Of a stretch of DNA of 64,000 bases, positions 9,751 to 19,268 are shown piece by piece. Each line of letters starts with the position of its first letter. The stretch's first letter is position 1. Both the position numbers and the translations under genes were made by a program. The stretch covers positions 35,504 to 99,503 of the forward strand of contig CAVZML010000010.1 of the NCBI GenBank assembly GCA_963776395.1, written 5' to 3'. The notes below the pieces were generated by a model. It searched no databases. It was not told the origin of the DNA and saw only the letters and a list, made by a program, of their open reading frames with translations. The stretch comes from an uncultured Chloroflexia bacterium. Lineage in GTDB: Bacteria > Chloroflexota > Limnocylindria > Limnocylindrales > CSP1-4.

Positions 9751-9885
9751 ATGACAATCCTCTTCCTCTCCCTGATCGCGATGCTCTTCGGTGCCCTTGC
9801 CCTCACGGCGAGCACGGTGGGGATCGACTCCCGTGACCTCTCCGACGATCCGCACCGGCCGGCCTACCCCGTGGTCATGGACTGA
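9751..9885 (+). CDS. possible 44-aa membrane peptide divergent from the GntR gene
   Basis: My own reading gives MTILFLSLIAMLFGALALTASTVGIDSRDLSDDPHRPAYPVVMD. It is below the ORF-track length cutoff, has a hydrophobic N-terminus and only a weak RBS. Confidence 0.3.
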   Translation: MTILFLSLIAMLFGALALTASTVGIDSRDLSDDPHRPAYPVVMD

Positions 9886-9999
9886 CCTGATCTTCGCACG
9901 CGAAAGGGCGCCGAATCCTCCCCTCCTTCCGGCACCCTCCTCCGACCCCCGGCAACCCCGGGGGTCGTTGGTTTAAGGGGCCGCTCGCCGGCCGCCGGC

Positions 10000-11436
10000 T
10001 CAGCCCTCGTCCCGCAGCGGCGGTTGCCCCGCCTGGCTGAGCGCCTGGTGATAGATCGTCGCCCCGTCGATCCCGAGGGCGGGTGATTCGAGCAGCCGGA
10101 GGTCGGCGACCAGGCGGCGTTCGAGGTCCGCCGCCCAGGGCCGGCCCATGAGGCGGACGGCACGAGCGGCGGCCTGGAGTACGTAGTGGGTCTCGCGGCG
10201 CGATGGGTCGTCCCAGAACCAGCCGCACGACGCGAACATCCCGAGGCGCCATCGCTGGGCCTCCATCAGTCGCAGCAGTCGCCGCCGGTCGTCAGGGTCC
10301 GCTGCCGGGCCGAGCTCCGCCCCGGCGAACGCCTCGGGCGTCGTCACACCGAGGATCACGTCGACGTACCGGTTCCTCGAATCCCACACGTCGTGCAGGC
10401 CGGCGACATCCCGGGCCATCGACTCCGTGATCGCGTCGATCCCACCGGCGAGCCGTTCGAGCGCGCTGCGGAGGGGACCCTTCCAGCGGCCGTCCGACGC
10501 GTCGGCGCACTCGCCCGACCAGCGCAGCACGCCGTGGTGGCAGCTCCACGACGTCCGCTCGCGGATCCGGATCTCGGGATGGGGGTGACCGGGTCGCTCC
10601 GCGAGGACCTCGGCGAGCGTGACGACGTCGAAGCCGCGATCGGGCGTGCCCACGGACGGCGCGACGAGGCGCCGGAGGAAGAGGTCCCGGAATGCCTGGT
10701 GGTGTCCGTAGAGCTCGCCGTCGCTGGCGATGATCAGCATCGGTGGAGACCCGTCGGGGAGCGCGTCCACGAGGCGCGGCGCGATCCGCTCCCGCGCGAA
10801 CCGGTCCGCGTCGGCGGTCACGGACGGCTCGAACGAGATCGCGCCCGACAGGCTGCCGTCATAGAACGCCACCGCGATGTGCCGCCCACCACCGGTGTCG
10901 ACGCGATACGGCCGCCGGAGGTCGAGGGTCGCCGCGTCTGCCTGCCACGGCGCCAGGATCGTCCCGGTGACACCCTCCTCGGCCAGGATCCGCAGCGTGG
11001 CCAGGTCGACGGCGGTCTCCGGCAGCCAGATCGCCGTGGCGCGCCGGCCGAACCTGACCTCGAAGTCGCGCAGGCCCCACCGGATCTCCGTGCGCCGGTC
11101 GTGCATCGCCGCAAGGGGCAGGATCGAGTGGTGGAAGGCCTGCGCGATGCCGGGGCCGCCGTGCGACCCGCCGCCCTCCGCGTCGCTGGCGGCGAACCGG
11201 GCGATGACGTCCGGCGCCTCCTCGGCGAGGTAGGAGCTCAGAGTCGGCCCCAGGTCCCACGAGGCATGAGCGAGAGAGCCCAGCTCCGCGTTGGGGCGGT
11301 AGCACTCGGCCGTGGTCCGGGCGTTCCAGTCCCGGAACGGGGCGGCCGACGGGTCGGCCGGGAGGCGCCCGGAGAACGGATCGACCCGCGAGGGCTGGTA
11401 GAAGTGCGCGTGGACGACGAGACGGCCGCGGCTCAT
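10000..11436 (-). CDS. GH57-family / DUF3536-type glycoside hydrolase
   Basis: The N-terminus LVVHAHFYQPSRVDPF is typical of GH57/DUF3536 proteins. 478 aa, co-oriented with the GH57 and glgP genes. Confidence 0.7.
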   Translation of the reverse strand: MSRGRLVVHAHFYQPSRVDPFSGRLPADPSAAPFRDWNARTTAECYRPNAELGSLAHASWDLGPTLSSYLAEEAPDVIARFAASDAEGGGSHGGPGIAQAFHHSILPLAAMHDRRTEIRWGLRDFEVRFGRRATAIWLPETAVDLATLRILAEEGVTGTILAPWQADAATLDLRRPYRVDTGGGRHIAVAFYDGSLSGAISFEPSVTADADRFARERIAPRLVDALPDGSPPMLIIASDGELYGHHQAFRDLFLRRLVAPSVGTPDRGFDVVTLAEVLAERPGHPHPEIRIRERTSWSCHHGVLRWSGECADASDGRWKGPLRSALERLAGGIDAITESMARDVAGLHDVWDSRNRYVDVILGVTTPEAFAGAELGPAADPDDRRRLLRLMEAQRWRLGMFASCGWFWDDPSRRETHYVLQAAARAVRLMGRPWAADLERRLVADLRLLESPALGIDGATIYHQALSQAGQPPLRDEG

Positions 11437-11512
11437 CGGCGCGATCGGGTCGCGCCCGCGACGGCGTCGTCGGCGTTCGCCCGGGCGCGCGTCCGCCCGC
11501 CATCGGCCCGCA

Positions 11513-13672
11513 TCACGCCGGGACGACGCCCTCGGCCGCGGCGTGGTCCCGGGTCACCGTGACGGCCTGTCGGAGCGAGACCTTGCGCGTCTCGCCTGGG
11601 AGGAGGGTGAGCGGCCACGAGACCAGCAGGGCGCTGCCCTGGTAGACGCGCTCGAAGCCCGACTCGGAGTTCGACACCGTCTCGATCGGGCTCCACCACG
11701 CGTCCGCGGCGGGGGCAGGGGTGGCGACGACCTGCACCCCGACCCAGTCGTTGCCGAAGCCGACCTCCGAGACTCCCGTCGCCTCGCCGGTGCCGTCGTG
11801 GGCGGACCGGCTGCCCGCGACGTCGTACCACGCCGCCGGATTGCCGCCGCCGCCCAGCATGTGCGTCGCGAGCTCCAGGCCGAGGCGGGTCGCGACGGGC
11901 TCGGTGCCGCGATGCTCGATCACGAGCTCGATGCCCAGCTCCGGGTCCAGGCGTCCACCACCCAGCCAGGTCGTCCGTGTCACGGTGAACGGCTCGCCGG
12001 CGACGGTGCCGTCGCGTGACAGAGTCACCGCCCCGGGCTCCAGGTGGCGGACGGTGAACTCCCCGTCGCGGAAGTCGCCGAGCTCGATCTCGGCCACCCT
12101 CGCGAAAGCCTCGGGGGTCGTGGCCGGGGCCAGGAAGCGGATGAGGCCGGACCGGCGCTCGTGGTCGTCGTAGTGCAGGCGGCCGGCGAGCCCCTCCTCC
12201 TTGACCCGGACGAGGTCGTGGATCGAGGCGGGCGCGCCGCCCTCCACCGCGGGCGCAGGCGGCTGCGGACCCTTGGCCTCGTGCGCGCGCAGGGTGTCGT
12301 GATAGGCCTCCGGACGGCGCCGCATCACGGCTCCCAGGGCGTGACGCGCGGCCCGGATGTCCCAGCTGCCCACACCGCCGCCCTCGGAGGGCTTGACGGT
12401 CACGACCTGGCCGCGCTCCTCGAGGATCGCCTCGGGGCGGCCGTCCATGTCGAGGTCCCGAAGCTCGGCGAGGCGCGGCCAGCCGGCCACGCCGTCGGCC
12501 GCGTCCTCGGCGGCGACCAGGTGCTCGTAGGTGGCCAGCCGCATGTGCGAGATGTAGATCCCGCCGAAGAGGCCGTGCCAGTAGCAGTCGTTGGACTGGC
12601 CACGATGCAGGTGATCCTGGGCCGCCGTCCTCGCGGGACCGGCCGGCATGGCCGACACCTTCGCGGACGCCCGCAGCATCTGCTTGTGCAGGTCGTTGAT
12701 CTCGCGGTACTTGACCTGGAAGTTGCGCCAGAAGCCGCCGCGGAGCCAGCGGGCCTCTGGGGCCTTGCGCGCGACCGCCTCGTGCAGCAGCCGGGTGAAG
12801 ACGACGGTCTCATCCGGCGGCAGGGCCCACTCGCCCATCTCCGCGTACGAGGACGTGGGCACGTAGACGCGGCCGATCGGCGGCTCCTTGTCCAGCCACT
12901 GCGACGGGGTCACGGTGGACAGCCAGTCCGAGTTGGCCTCGAGCCCCGCGAAGAACTGCTCGACCCAGCGGCCACCGCCCCAGCAGTGCTCGTACGTGGT
13001 CGGCCAGGCGCCGAACTTCTCGCCGTCGTCGCCCATCATTCCCACGCGATCGCCCGCCTCGGTGGCGTGGTCGCGCAGGTAGTCGATGACGTCCTCCACG
13101 GACCCGAACGGGATCCGGTAGCGGAGGCCCTGCTCGGTCCCGAAGACGGTGAGCAGGTTGCCCTGGTCCTCCGTGGTATAGGCGCCCCAGAGGTTCTCCT
13201 CGGGGATGGCCGCGGCCCGGAAGTGCTGGTCGTCGAGGATCGTCCAGCGGTAGCCGGCGGCGGCGAGCGAGGTGGGCAGGTCCGGCTCCCAGACGCGCTC
13301 CGCGAGCCATGCGCCCTGCGGCCGGCGGCCCGTGATGCCCTCGATCCTCGTGGCCATGCGCCGCAGCTGGTCGATCCGGTCGTGCTCCGGGAGCGAGGCC
13401 AGGATCGGCTCGTACAGGCCGCCGCCGAGGAGCTCGACCTGGCCGGCGGCGACGAGCGTTCCCAGGCGGGCGAGGAAGTCGGGTCGCTCGGCGGCCAGCC
13501 ACTCGAGCAGGGGTCCCGTGTAGTGGAGCGAGAGTCGGACGCCGGGATGGCGCTCGAGCGCCTCCAGCATCGGCAGGTAGGCCTGATCGTAGACCTCCGC
13601 GAACACCCACCCGAAGTTGCCGACAGGCTGGTGGTTGTGGATGGCCAGCGCCAGGGAGATCCGGGGGGCCAA
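11513..13672 (-). CDS. GH57 alpha-amylase / 4-alpha-glucanotransferase-type enzyme
   Basis: Motifs LALAIHNHQPVGNF, HYTGPLLEWL, GQVELLGGGLYEP and WLAERVWEP. Start reset to TTG at 13672 after AGGAGGA, because the track N-terminus (P/R-rich) overlaps the glgP 3' end. Confidence 0.8.
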   Translation of the reverse strand: MAPRISLALAIHNHQPVGNFGWVFAEVYDQAYLPMLEALERHPGVRLSLHYTGPLLEWLAAERPDFLARLGTLVAAGQVELLGGGLYEPILASLPEHDRIDQLRRMATRIEGITGRRPQGAWLAERVWEPDLPTSLAAAGYRWTILDDQHFRAAAIPEENLWGAYTTEDQGNLLTVFGTEQGLRYRIPFGSVEDVIDYLRDHATEAGDRVGMMGDDGEKFGAWPTTYEHCWGGGRWVEQFFAGLEANSDWLSTVTPSQWLDKEPPIGRVYVPTSSYAEMGEWALPPDETVVFTRLLHEAVARKAPEARWLRGGFWRNFQVKYREINDLHKQMLRASAKVSAMPAGPARTAAQDHLHRGQSNDCYWHGLFGGIYISHMRLATYEHLVAAEDAADGVAGWPRLAELRDLDMDGRPEAILEERGQVVTVKPSEGGGVGSWDIRAARHALGAVMRRRPEAYHDTLRAHEAKGPQPPAPAVEGGAPASIHDLVRVKEEGLAGRLHYDDHERRSGLIRFLAPATTPEAFARVAEIELGDFRDGEFTVRHLEPGAVTLSRDGTVAGEPFTVTRTTWLGGGRLDPELGIELVIEHRGTEPVATRLGLELATHMLGGGGNPAAWYDVAGSRSAHDGTGEATGVSEVGFGNDWVGVQVVATPAPAADAWWSPIETVSNSESGFERVYQGSALLVSWPLTLLPGETRKVSLRQAVTVTRDHAAAEGVVPA

Positions 13673-13727
13673 GGCGACGGTCCTCCTGCGGGTGGGTCGA
13701 GGGAGCGGGCGCGCGAGCCCGCGTGGG

Positions 13728-15980
13728 TCAGGTCGAGGCGGTGGAGGCGATCGAGGCGGCCGCGGCGGCCGCGGCGGCCGGGGCGGCCGGGGTGGTCGCC
13801 TGGGCGGGGGCGGCGGCGGCCGGCGGCACGCCCGCGGCGGGGAGGTAGAGCCGCTCCACGTACTCGTGGAGCATGCGGGTCGTCGAGAACCGCCAGATCG
13901 TGCTGGCGATCGAGTTGCGCATGAGCTGGAGGAAGCGGGCGGGGAGGCCGGCCTCGTCGCGGTCATAGTAGGCCGGGATCAGCTCCTGTTCGAGGATCCG
14001 GTAGAGGTCCTGCGCGTCCGACCAGTCCTGGGCGCCCTCGTCCGGGTTGGTCTCGCGTCCGCCGATCGCCCAGCCGTTGTCGCCGGTCCAACCCTCGTCC
14101 CACCAGCCGTCCAGGACCGACACGTTGAGGACGCCGTTCGCGGCGGCCTTCATGCCCGACGTGCCGGACGCCTCGAGGGGGCGCCTCGGGTTGTTCAGCC
14201 ACACGTCCACGCCCTGCACGAGGAAGCGGGCGATCCGGATGTCGTAGTCCTCCATGATGAAGACCCGGCCGCGGAGCTTGGGGCTCCTCGAGCGGCCGAA
14301 GATGTCCTGGATGACGCCCTGGCCGGGCCGGTCCGCGGGGTGGGCCTTGCCGGCGAAGATGATCTGCAGCGGCCTGTCGGCATCCCACACGATCCGCGCC
14401 AGGCGGTCCAGGTCCGAGAACAGCAGGGCGGCGCGCTTGTACGTCGCGAAGCGGCGGGCGAAGCCGATGGTCAGTATCCCGGGATCCAGGACCTCCTCCA
14501 GCTCCTCGAGCAGCATCGGGGCCTCGCCGTGGCGGGCGAACTGGTTGCGGAGCCGGCCACGCGCGAAGATCGAGAGCTCCAGCTTCTGCCGCTGGTGGGC
14601 CTCCCAGAGCTCCTCGTCGGGCACCTGCTCGATCCGCTCCCAGAAACGGCGCTCGGCGGGCTGGTCGTCCATCGCGTCGAGGTCCGCGTTCGTGTAGCGC
14701 TCCAGCGTGTCGCGCATCGGCTGGCCGACCCAGGTGGGCGTGTGGACGCCGTTGGTGAGGCCCAGGATGTCGTGGGGCATGACGCCCTGCCAGGTGGCGT
14801 TCGCAGTGTGCCCGTGGAGGAGCGACACCGCGTTGGCGCCGGTGGTCAGCCGGAGCGACAACGCGGTCATGTCGAACTGGGTCGTGTCGCGCTCGACCCC
14901 GAGGCCGAGCTCGAGGACGCGGTCCAGGTTGATCCCTCCGGTGCCCGGTCGGCCGTCGCCCTCCAGGAGGGGCCCGGCGACGCGGCGGACGAGGTCCGCA
15001 TCGAACCGCTCGTTGCCCGCGGAGACCGGGGTGTGGATCGTGAACACGCTGTTGCGGCGGACGTCCGTCCAGGCAGCCTCGAGCTCGCTGCCCGCAGCGA
15101 CCATCTCCCGCGCGCGCTCCGCGAGCAGGAACGCGGAGTGGCCCTCGTTGAGGTGCCAGACCGCCGGAACCAGGTCGAGGGCCCGCAGGGCGCGCACCCC
15201 GCCGACCCCCAGCACGAGCTCCTGGTGCAGCCGCATCTCGCGGCCCCGGACGTAGAGGATGTGGGTGATCGGACGGTCCGAGTCGTCGTTGTCCGGCACG
15301 TCGGTGTCCAGCAGCAGCACCGGCACGCGGCCGACCTGGGCGACCCAGACGGCGGCGTACAGGTCCCGGCCCGGGAGCTCGACGCTCACGGTCAGCGGCT
15401 CGCCCAGCCGGTCCAGCGCGCGCATGATCGGGAGCCGGTTGAGCTCGTAGTCCGGGTACGCGTGCTCCTGGTGGCCGTCGGCGTCGATCGTCTGCCGGAA
15501 GTACCCCTTGCGGTACATCAGGCCCACGCCCACGAGCGGCAGGGCCATGTCCGAGGCGGTCTTCATGTGGTCGCCCGCGAGGACGCCGAGACCGCCGGAG
15601 TAGATCCCCAGGGACTCGTGGAAGCCGTATTCGGCGCAGAAGTAGGCGATGGGGCCGTCCAGGTCGGCGGCGTGGCGTCGCTGGAACCAGTGGCTGTGGC
15701 CGTTCGACATGTAGGCGTCGAACTCGCGGAGGATGGACTCGTACTCCGCCATGAACGCGGAGTTGTCGAGGAGCTGGCCCCAGTTGACCGGCCCGGACAG
15801 GACGGGGATCGGGTTGCGGTAGCGGGCCCACGCGCCGGCATCGATGCGTGAGAACAGCGTCCGCGCGCGGGGATGCCAGCTCCACCACAGGTTGTACGCC
15901 ATCCTGCGCAGGCCCTCGAGCTTGGGCGGCAGGTTGAACGAGGCGCCGGGTACGACCGGAACGTGGACGAGGGGTTCCAT
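13728..15980 (-). CDS. glgP: alpha-glucan (glycogen/maltodextrin) phosphorylase, GT35
   Basis: Motifs YNLWWSWHP, GGLGVLAGDH and the PLP-Lys region EASGTSGMKAAANG. ATG at 15980. The upstream 568 codons of ORF 13728..17684 are antisense to glgA. Ala-rich C-terminal tail. Confidence 0.85.
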   Translation of the reverse strand: MEPLVHVPVVPGASFNLPPKLEGLRRMAYNLWWSWHPRARTLFSRIDAGAWARYRNPIPVLSGPVNWGQLLDNSAFMAEYESILREFDAYMSNGHSHWFQRRHAADLDGPIAYFCAEYGFHESLGIYSGGLGVLAGDHMKTASDMALPLVGVGLMYRKGYFRQTIDADGHQEHAYPDYELNRLPIMRALDRLGEPLTVSVELPGRDLYAAVWVAQVGRVPVLLLDTDVPDNDDSDRPITHILYVRGREMRLHQELVLGVGGVRALRALDLVPAVWHLNEGHSAFLLAERAREMVAAGSELEAAWTDVRRNSVFTIHTPVSAGNERFDADLVRRVAGPLLEGDGRPGTGGINLDRVLELGLGVERDTTQFDMTALSLRLTTGANAVSLLHGHTANATWQGVMPHDILGLTNGVHTPTWVGQPMRDTLERYTNADLDAMDDQPAERRFWERIEQVPDEELWEAHQRQKLELSIFARGRLRNQFARHGEAPMLLEELEEVLDPGILTIGFARRFATYKRAALLFSDLDRLARIVWDADRPLQIIFAGKAHPADRPGQGVIQDIFGRSRSPKLRGRVFIMEDYDIRIARFLVQGVDVWLNNPRRPLEASGTSGMKAAANGVLNVSVLDGWWDEGWTGDNGWAIGGRETNPDEGAQDWSDAQDLYRILEQELIPAYYDRDEAGLPARFLQLMRNSIASTIWRFSTTRMLHEYVERLYLPAAGVPPAAAAPAQATTPAAPAAAAAAAASIASTAST

Positions 15981-16133
15981 GAGCGGGACATGATAATCGC
16001 CATCGAGCCTTTCCGTGAACCGGTTTAGCGGCTCGAGCAAGCATCCGGGAACGGGAAGCTTTCGCGGCCCGGGACCGCGGCGCCGGCCCGAGCCGTCGGC
16101 GCCGGCCCGTGGACCGGCTCCCCCGCCTGGAAG

Positions 16134-16139
16134 TACGCT
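16134..16139 (+). promoter_or_regulatory. -10-like TACGCT 6 nt before the glgA ATG (leaderless-type arrangement)
   Basis: The sequence reads TACGCT tccgcg ATG, with no Shine-Dalgarno. Confidence 0.4.
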
Positions 16140-16145
16140 TCCGCG

Positions 16146-17621
16146 ATGGCGATTCGTGTCGCGCTGCTCGCCGCGGAATGCGAGCCATGGGCCAAGACCG
16201 GCGGGCTCGCGGACGTGGTCGACGCGCTCGCCAGGGCGCTCGGGCGGCTCCCGGAGGTCGGCCTCGGGCTTCAGGCTCCGGTCGACGTCCTGCTGCCGCG
16301 GTACCGTTCGGTGCCCGTGCCGGCCGATGCCGTGACCGAGAAGCCACTCGTGATCGGCGACCCTCGCAGCGGCAGGCCGCTCGAGGTCTCTGTCGTCAAC
16401 GTCAAGGCCGACGGCTACCGGCTGCGCCTCGTCGACCTGCCCGCCGCCTTCGATCGCGCCACGTTCTACGACCAGCCGGACGACCCCTGGCGCTTCGCCG
16501 TCTTCTGCCGGGCCGCGCTGGCGGCGCTCCGGCGTGACGGCGTGCCGCTCGACATGCTCCACGTCCACGACTGGCACACGGGACCCGCCCTTCTCGAGCG
16601 CGCTCGCGGCGAGGCGGCCGGGGATCCGTTCTTCGCGAACCTGGCGGTCCTGGTGACGCTGCACAACCTCGCCTATCACGGCTGGGTCCCGCGGGACCGG
16701 CTCGGCCTGCTCGGCCTGGCGCCGGGGGACGCACTTGCCGGGCACAACGTGCACGGCCTCGACCTTCTCCTGGCGTCGATCGAGGGGTCCGAGCTGGCGA
16801 ACACGGTGTCGCCCGGGTTCGCGCGCGAGGCCCTGACCCCCGACTTCGGGATGGGCCTGGACGGCGCGCTCCGGGCCATGGGCGACCGCTTCGGGGGCAT
16901 CCTCAACGGCATCGATCCCGACACCTGGAACCCGGAAACCGACCCTGCCCTCGCGGCGCCCTACGACGCGGGGGCCATGGCCGGCAAGGCGGCGTGCCGC
17001 GCGGACCTGCTGGCGCGCGTCGGGTTCGACCCGGGCGACGACGGTGTCGTGCTCGGGATGATCGGCCGGATGGACCCGCAGAAGGGCTTCGACCTGCTCG
17101 CCGACGGCGCCGGGGACCTGCTCGCCGGCGGCGCTCGGATCATCGTCCAGGGCAGTGGCCACGCCTCGCTGGCAGACCCGTTCCGGGCCTTGGCCGCGGC
17201 GGAGCCCGGTCGCGTCGCGCTGATCGAACGGTTCGATCGCGACATGGCCCGCCAGATCTATGCCGGCGCAGACCTGTTCCTGATGCCCTCGCGGTTCGAA
17301 CCGTGCGGGCAGGGCCAGATGATCGCGCTGCGCTACGGCACGCCACCGGTCGTCCGCCGTACAGGCGGCCTCGCCGACAGCGTCGTGGACGTGGACGAGC
17401 AGCCTGGGGAGGGGACGGGCTTCGTCTTCGACGACGCCACGCCGGCGGCGCTGGTCGAGGCGGTCACGCGCGCCACGAGGCTCCGCGCCGCGGGGCCGCC
17501 GGCGTGGGCGGACCTGGTGCGGCGCGGCATGGCGGTCGACTTCAACTGGGTCACGGGCTCCGCACCGGCGTACCTTGCCTCGTACCGGCGCGCCATCTCC
17601 CTGCGCCGGGGCCGCGGCTAG
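16146..17621 (+). CDS. glgA: glycogen synthase (GT5)
   Basis: N-terminus MAIRVALLAAECEPWAKTGGLADVV carries the KTGGL motif. 491 aa. Confidence 0.9.
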   Translation: MAIRVALLAAECEPWAKTGGLADVVDALARALGRLPEVGLGLQAPVDVLLPRYRSVPVPADAVTEKPLVIGDPRSGRPLEVSVVNVKADGYRLRLVDLPAAFDRATFYDQPDDPWRFAVFCRAALAALRRDGVPLDMLHVHDWHTGPALLERARGEAAGDPFFANLAVLVTLHNLAYHGWVPRDRLGLLGLAPGDALAGHNVHGLDLLLASIEGSELANTVSPGFAREALTPDFGMGLDGALRAMGDRFGGILNGIDPDTWNPETDPALAAPYDAGAMAGKAACRADLLARVGFDPGDDGVVLGMIGRMDPQKGFDLLADGAGDLLAGGARIIVQGSGHASLADPFRALAAAEPGRVALIERFDRDMARQIYAGADLFLMPSRFEPCGQGQMIALRYGTPPVVRRTGGLADSVVDVDEQPGEGTGFVFDDATPAALVEAVTRATRLRAAGPPAWADLVRRGMAVDFNWVTGSAPAYLASYRRAISLRRGRG

Positions 17622-17684
17622 GAGGACCGGTCCAGCGGTGTCGACCGGCCCGGTCATGACCGGCCCAGCCAGGGGCGCCGGCAC

Positions 17685-17803
17685 CGGGCAGCGGACCGCC
17701 GGCCGTGCATCGGGCAGCGGACCGCCGCCCGTGCCACAGGGCGCGCGACTGGGCGCGCCGCCGCCCGTGCCACCGGGCGGCGCGCGCGACCTGGGCGCGC
17801 CGC
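17685..17803. repeat. spacer tandem repeats between glgA and the ACT-domain gene
   Basis: A 26-nt unit CGGGCAGCGGACCGCCGSCCGTGCA occurs twice (17685-17736). GCGCGCGAC(C)TGGGCGCGCCGC occurs twice (17741-17761 and 17782-17803). Confidence 0.7.
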
Positions 17804-17897
17804 TGGCCGGGACACCCGCCCCGTGCGAGAATCGCGCCCGAGCGCACGATCGCCCGATTCACCCGCCGTCCGTCACACCGCCGCTCCGGAGGAGCCG

Positions 17898-18284
17898 ATG
17901 TCCAGGCAATTCGTCGTCCAGGTCACGAACACGCCCGGCCAGATGGCCCGCCTCGCCGAGGAGATCGCCGCGGCCGGGGTCGACCTGCGCGCCATCGGTG
18001 GCGGTGGCCTGGGCGAGACCGGCCACTTCATCATGACCACGGCCGACGACGACACCACGCGCAGGGTCCTCATCGAAGGTGGCTGGACCTACTACGAGGG
18101 GGAGTCGCTCCTGGCCGAGGTGGACGACCGCCCCGGTGGCATGGCCCGGATCGCGCGCGAGCTGGCCGACGCCGGCGTGAACGTGATGGGCCACCTGTTC
18201 ATCGGCCGCTGGAGCGATCGCGCCACGTTCGCGTTCGTCGTGGACGATCCCGAGAAGGCGCGCCCGATCCTCGAGCGCCGCTGA
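17898..18284 (+). CDS. ACT-domain protein
   Basis: ATG at 17898 after GGAGGAG. Sequence MSRQFVVQVTNTPGQMARLAEEIAAAGVDLRAI plus a second ACT-like half. Confidence 0.65.
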   Translation: MSRQFVVQVTNTPGQMARLAEEIAAAGVDLRAIGGGGLGETGHFIMTTADDDTTRRVLIEGGWTYYEGESLLAEVDDRPGGMARIARELADAGVNVMGHLFIGRWSDRATFAFVVDDPEKARPILERR

Positions 18285-18319
18285 GGCCCGGTCAGCAGCC
18301 CGGTCGTAGGAGGCGCCGC

Positions 18320-19230
18320 ATGCGGGTCGGGATCATCGTGCCCCAGGGCTGGACGGGGGAGTACGACGGCTGGGACGCACCCCGGGCGTGGGCCCGCACG
18401 GTGGCGATCGCCCACGAGGCCGAGACGCTCGGGTTCGACTCGATCTGGCTCTTCGACCACCTCGAGACCGAGCCCGTGCCGACCGACGAGATCACGTTCG
18501 AGTCGTTCGTCGCGCTGTCCGCGCTCGCCGCGGAGACCGCACGGGTCCGGCTGGGTCACCTCGTGCTGTGCGCCGGCTACCGGAACCCGGCGCTCGTGGC
18601 CAAGATGATCGCCACCCTCGACGTGGTCTCGGGAGGGCGCGCGGAGCTGGGCCTCGGCGCGGGCTGGAAGGAGGACGAGTATCGTCGCCTACGGGTTCGG
18701 GTTCCCGCCCCTGAAGACCCGCATGGCGATCCTCGAAGACGCCCTCGAGGTCGCGTCGCGCATGCTGGCGCCGGGCCGGACGACCTACGCGGGACCGACC
18801 ATCGCGGTCAGGGATGCGATCAACGTTCCGCGCGGCCTCCAGGAGCCGCGGGTCCCGATCCTGGTGGGTGGCAACGGGCCCAACCGGACCTGGCGCCTCG
18901 CGGCCCGCTTCGCCGACGAGCTGAACCTCGACTGGTTCACGCCCGAGGAGGTCACCTCGGCGCGGCCGGTGATCGCGTCCCGGTGCGAGGAGATCGGGCG
19001 GGATCCCCGGACGCTGCGGCTGTCGGTCAACATCGGGCGCGCCGACGCGGCCGGCGGAGGGTCCGCGGCGCGTGGACATGCTGCGCCGGTACGCCGATGC
19101 CGGGGTCGACCGCGTCATGACGCTGCTCGCCGCATCGGCTCTCGACGAGGGGGCCTTGGATCGTTTCGCGCGGGACTGCCTGGCCGCCGGCTGCGAGCTC
19201 GAGGGCGTCGCGGCGCCTGGCGGGGGCTGA
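18320..19230 (+). pseudogene. LLM-class (F420-dependent-type) oxidoreductase, interrupted by two +1 frameshifts
   Basis: Frame 2 reads MRVGIIVPQGW...FDSIWLFDHL...GLGAGWKEDEY. Frame 0 continues from about 18690 (AYGFGFPPLKTRMAILEDALEV...RTLRLSVNIG). Frame 1 continues from about 19050 (RRVDMLRRYADAGVDRVMTLL...) to the TGA at 19228-19230. Confidence 0.75.
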
Positions 19231-19268
19231 GGGCGCACGTCCCGATTCGGGCCGTGACCCCGGACGGG

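Noticed and set aside
13728-17684. 1318-aa ORF suggesting a giant fusion protein
   Set aside because: Only the C-terminal 750 aa (from the ATG at 15980) are GlgP. The N-terminal 568 codons are R/G/P-rich and lie antisense to glgA. This is a typical high-GC shadow ORF.
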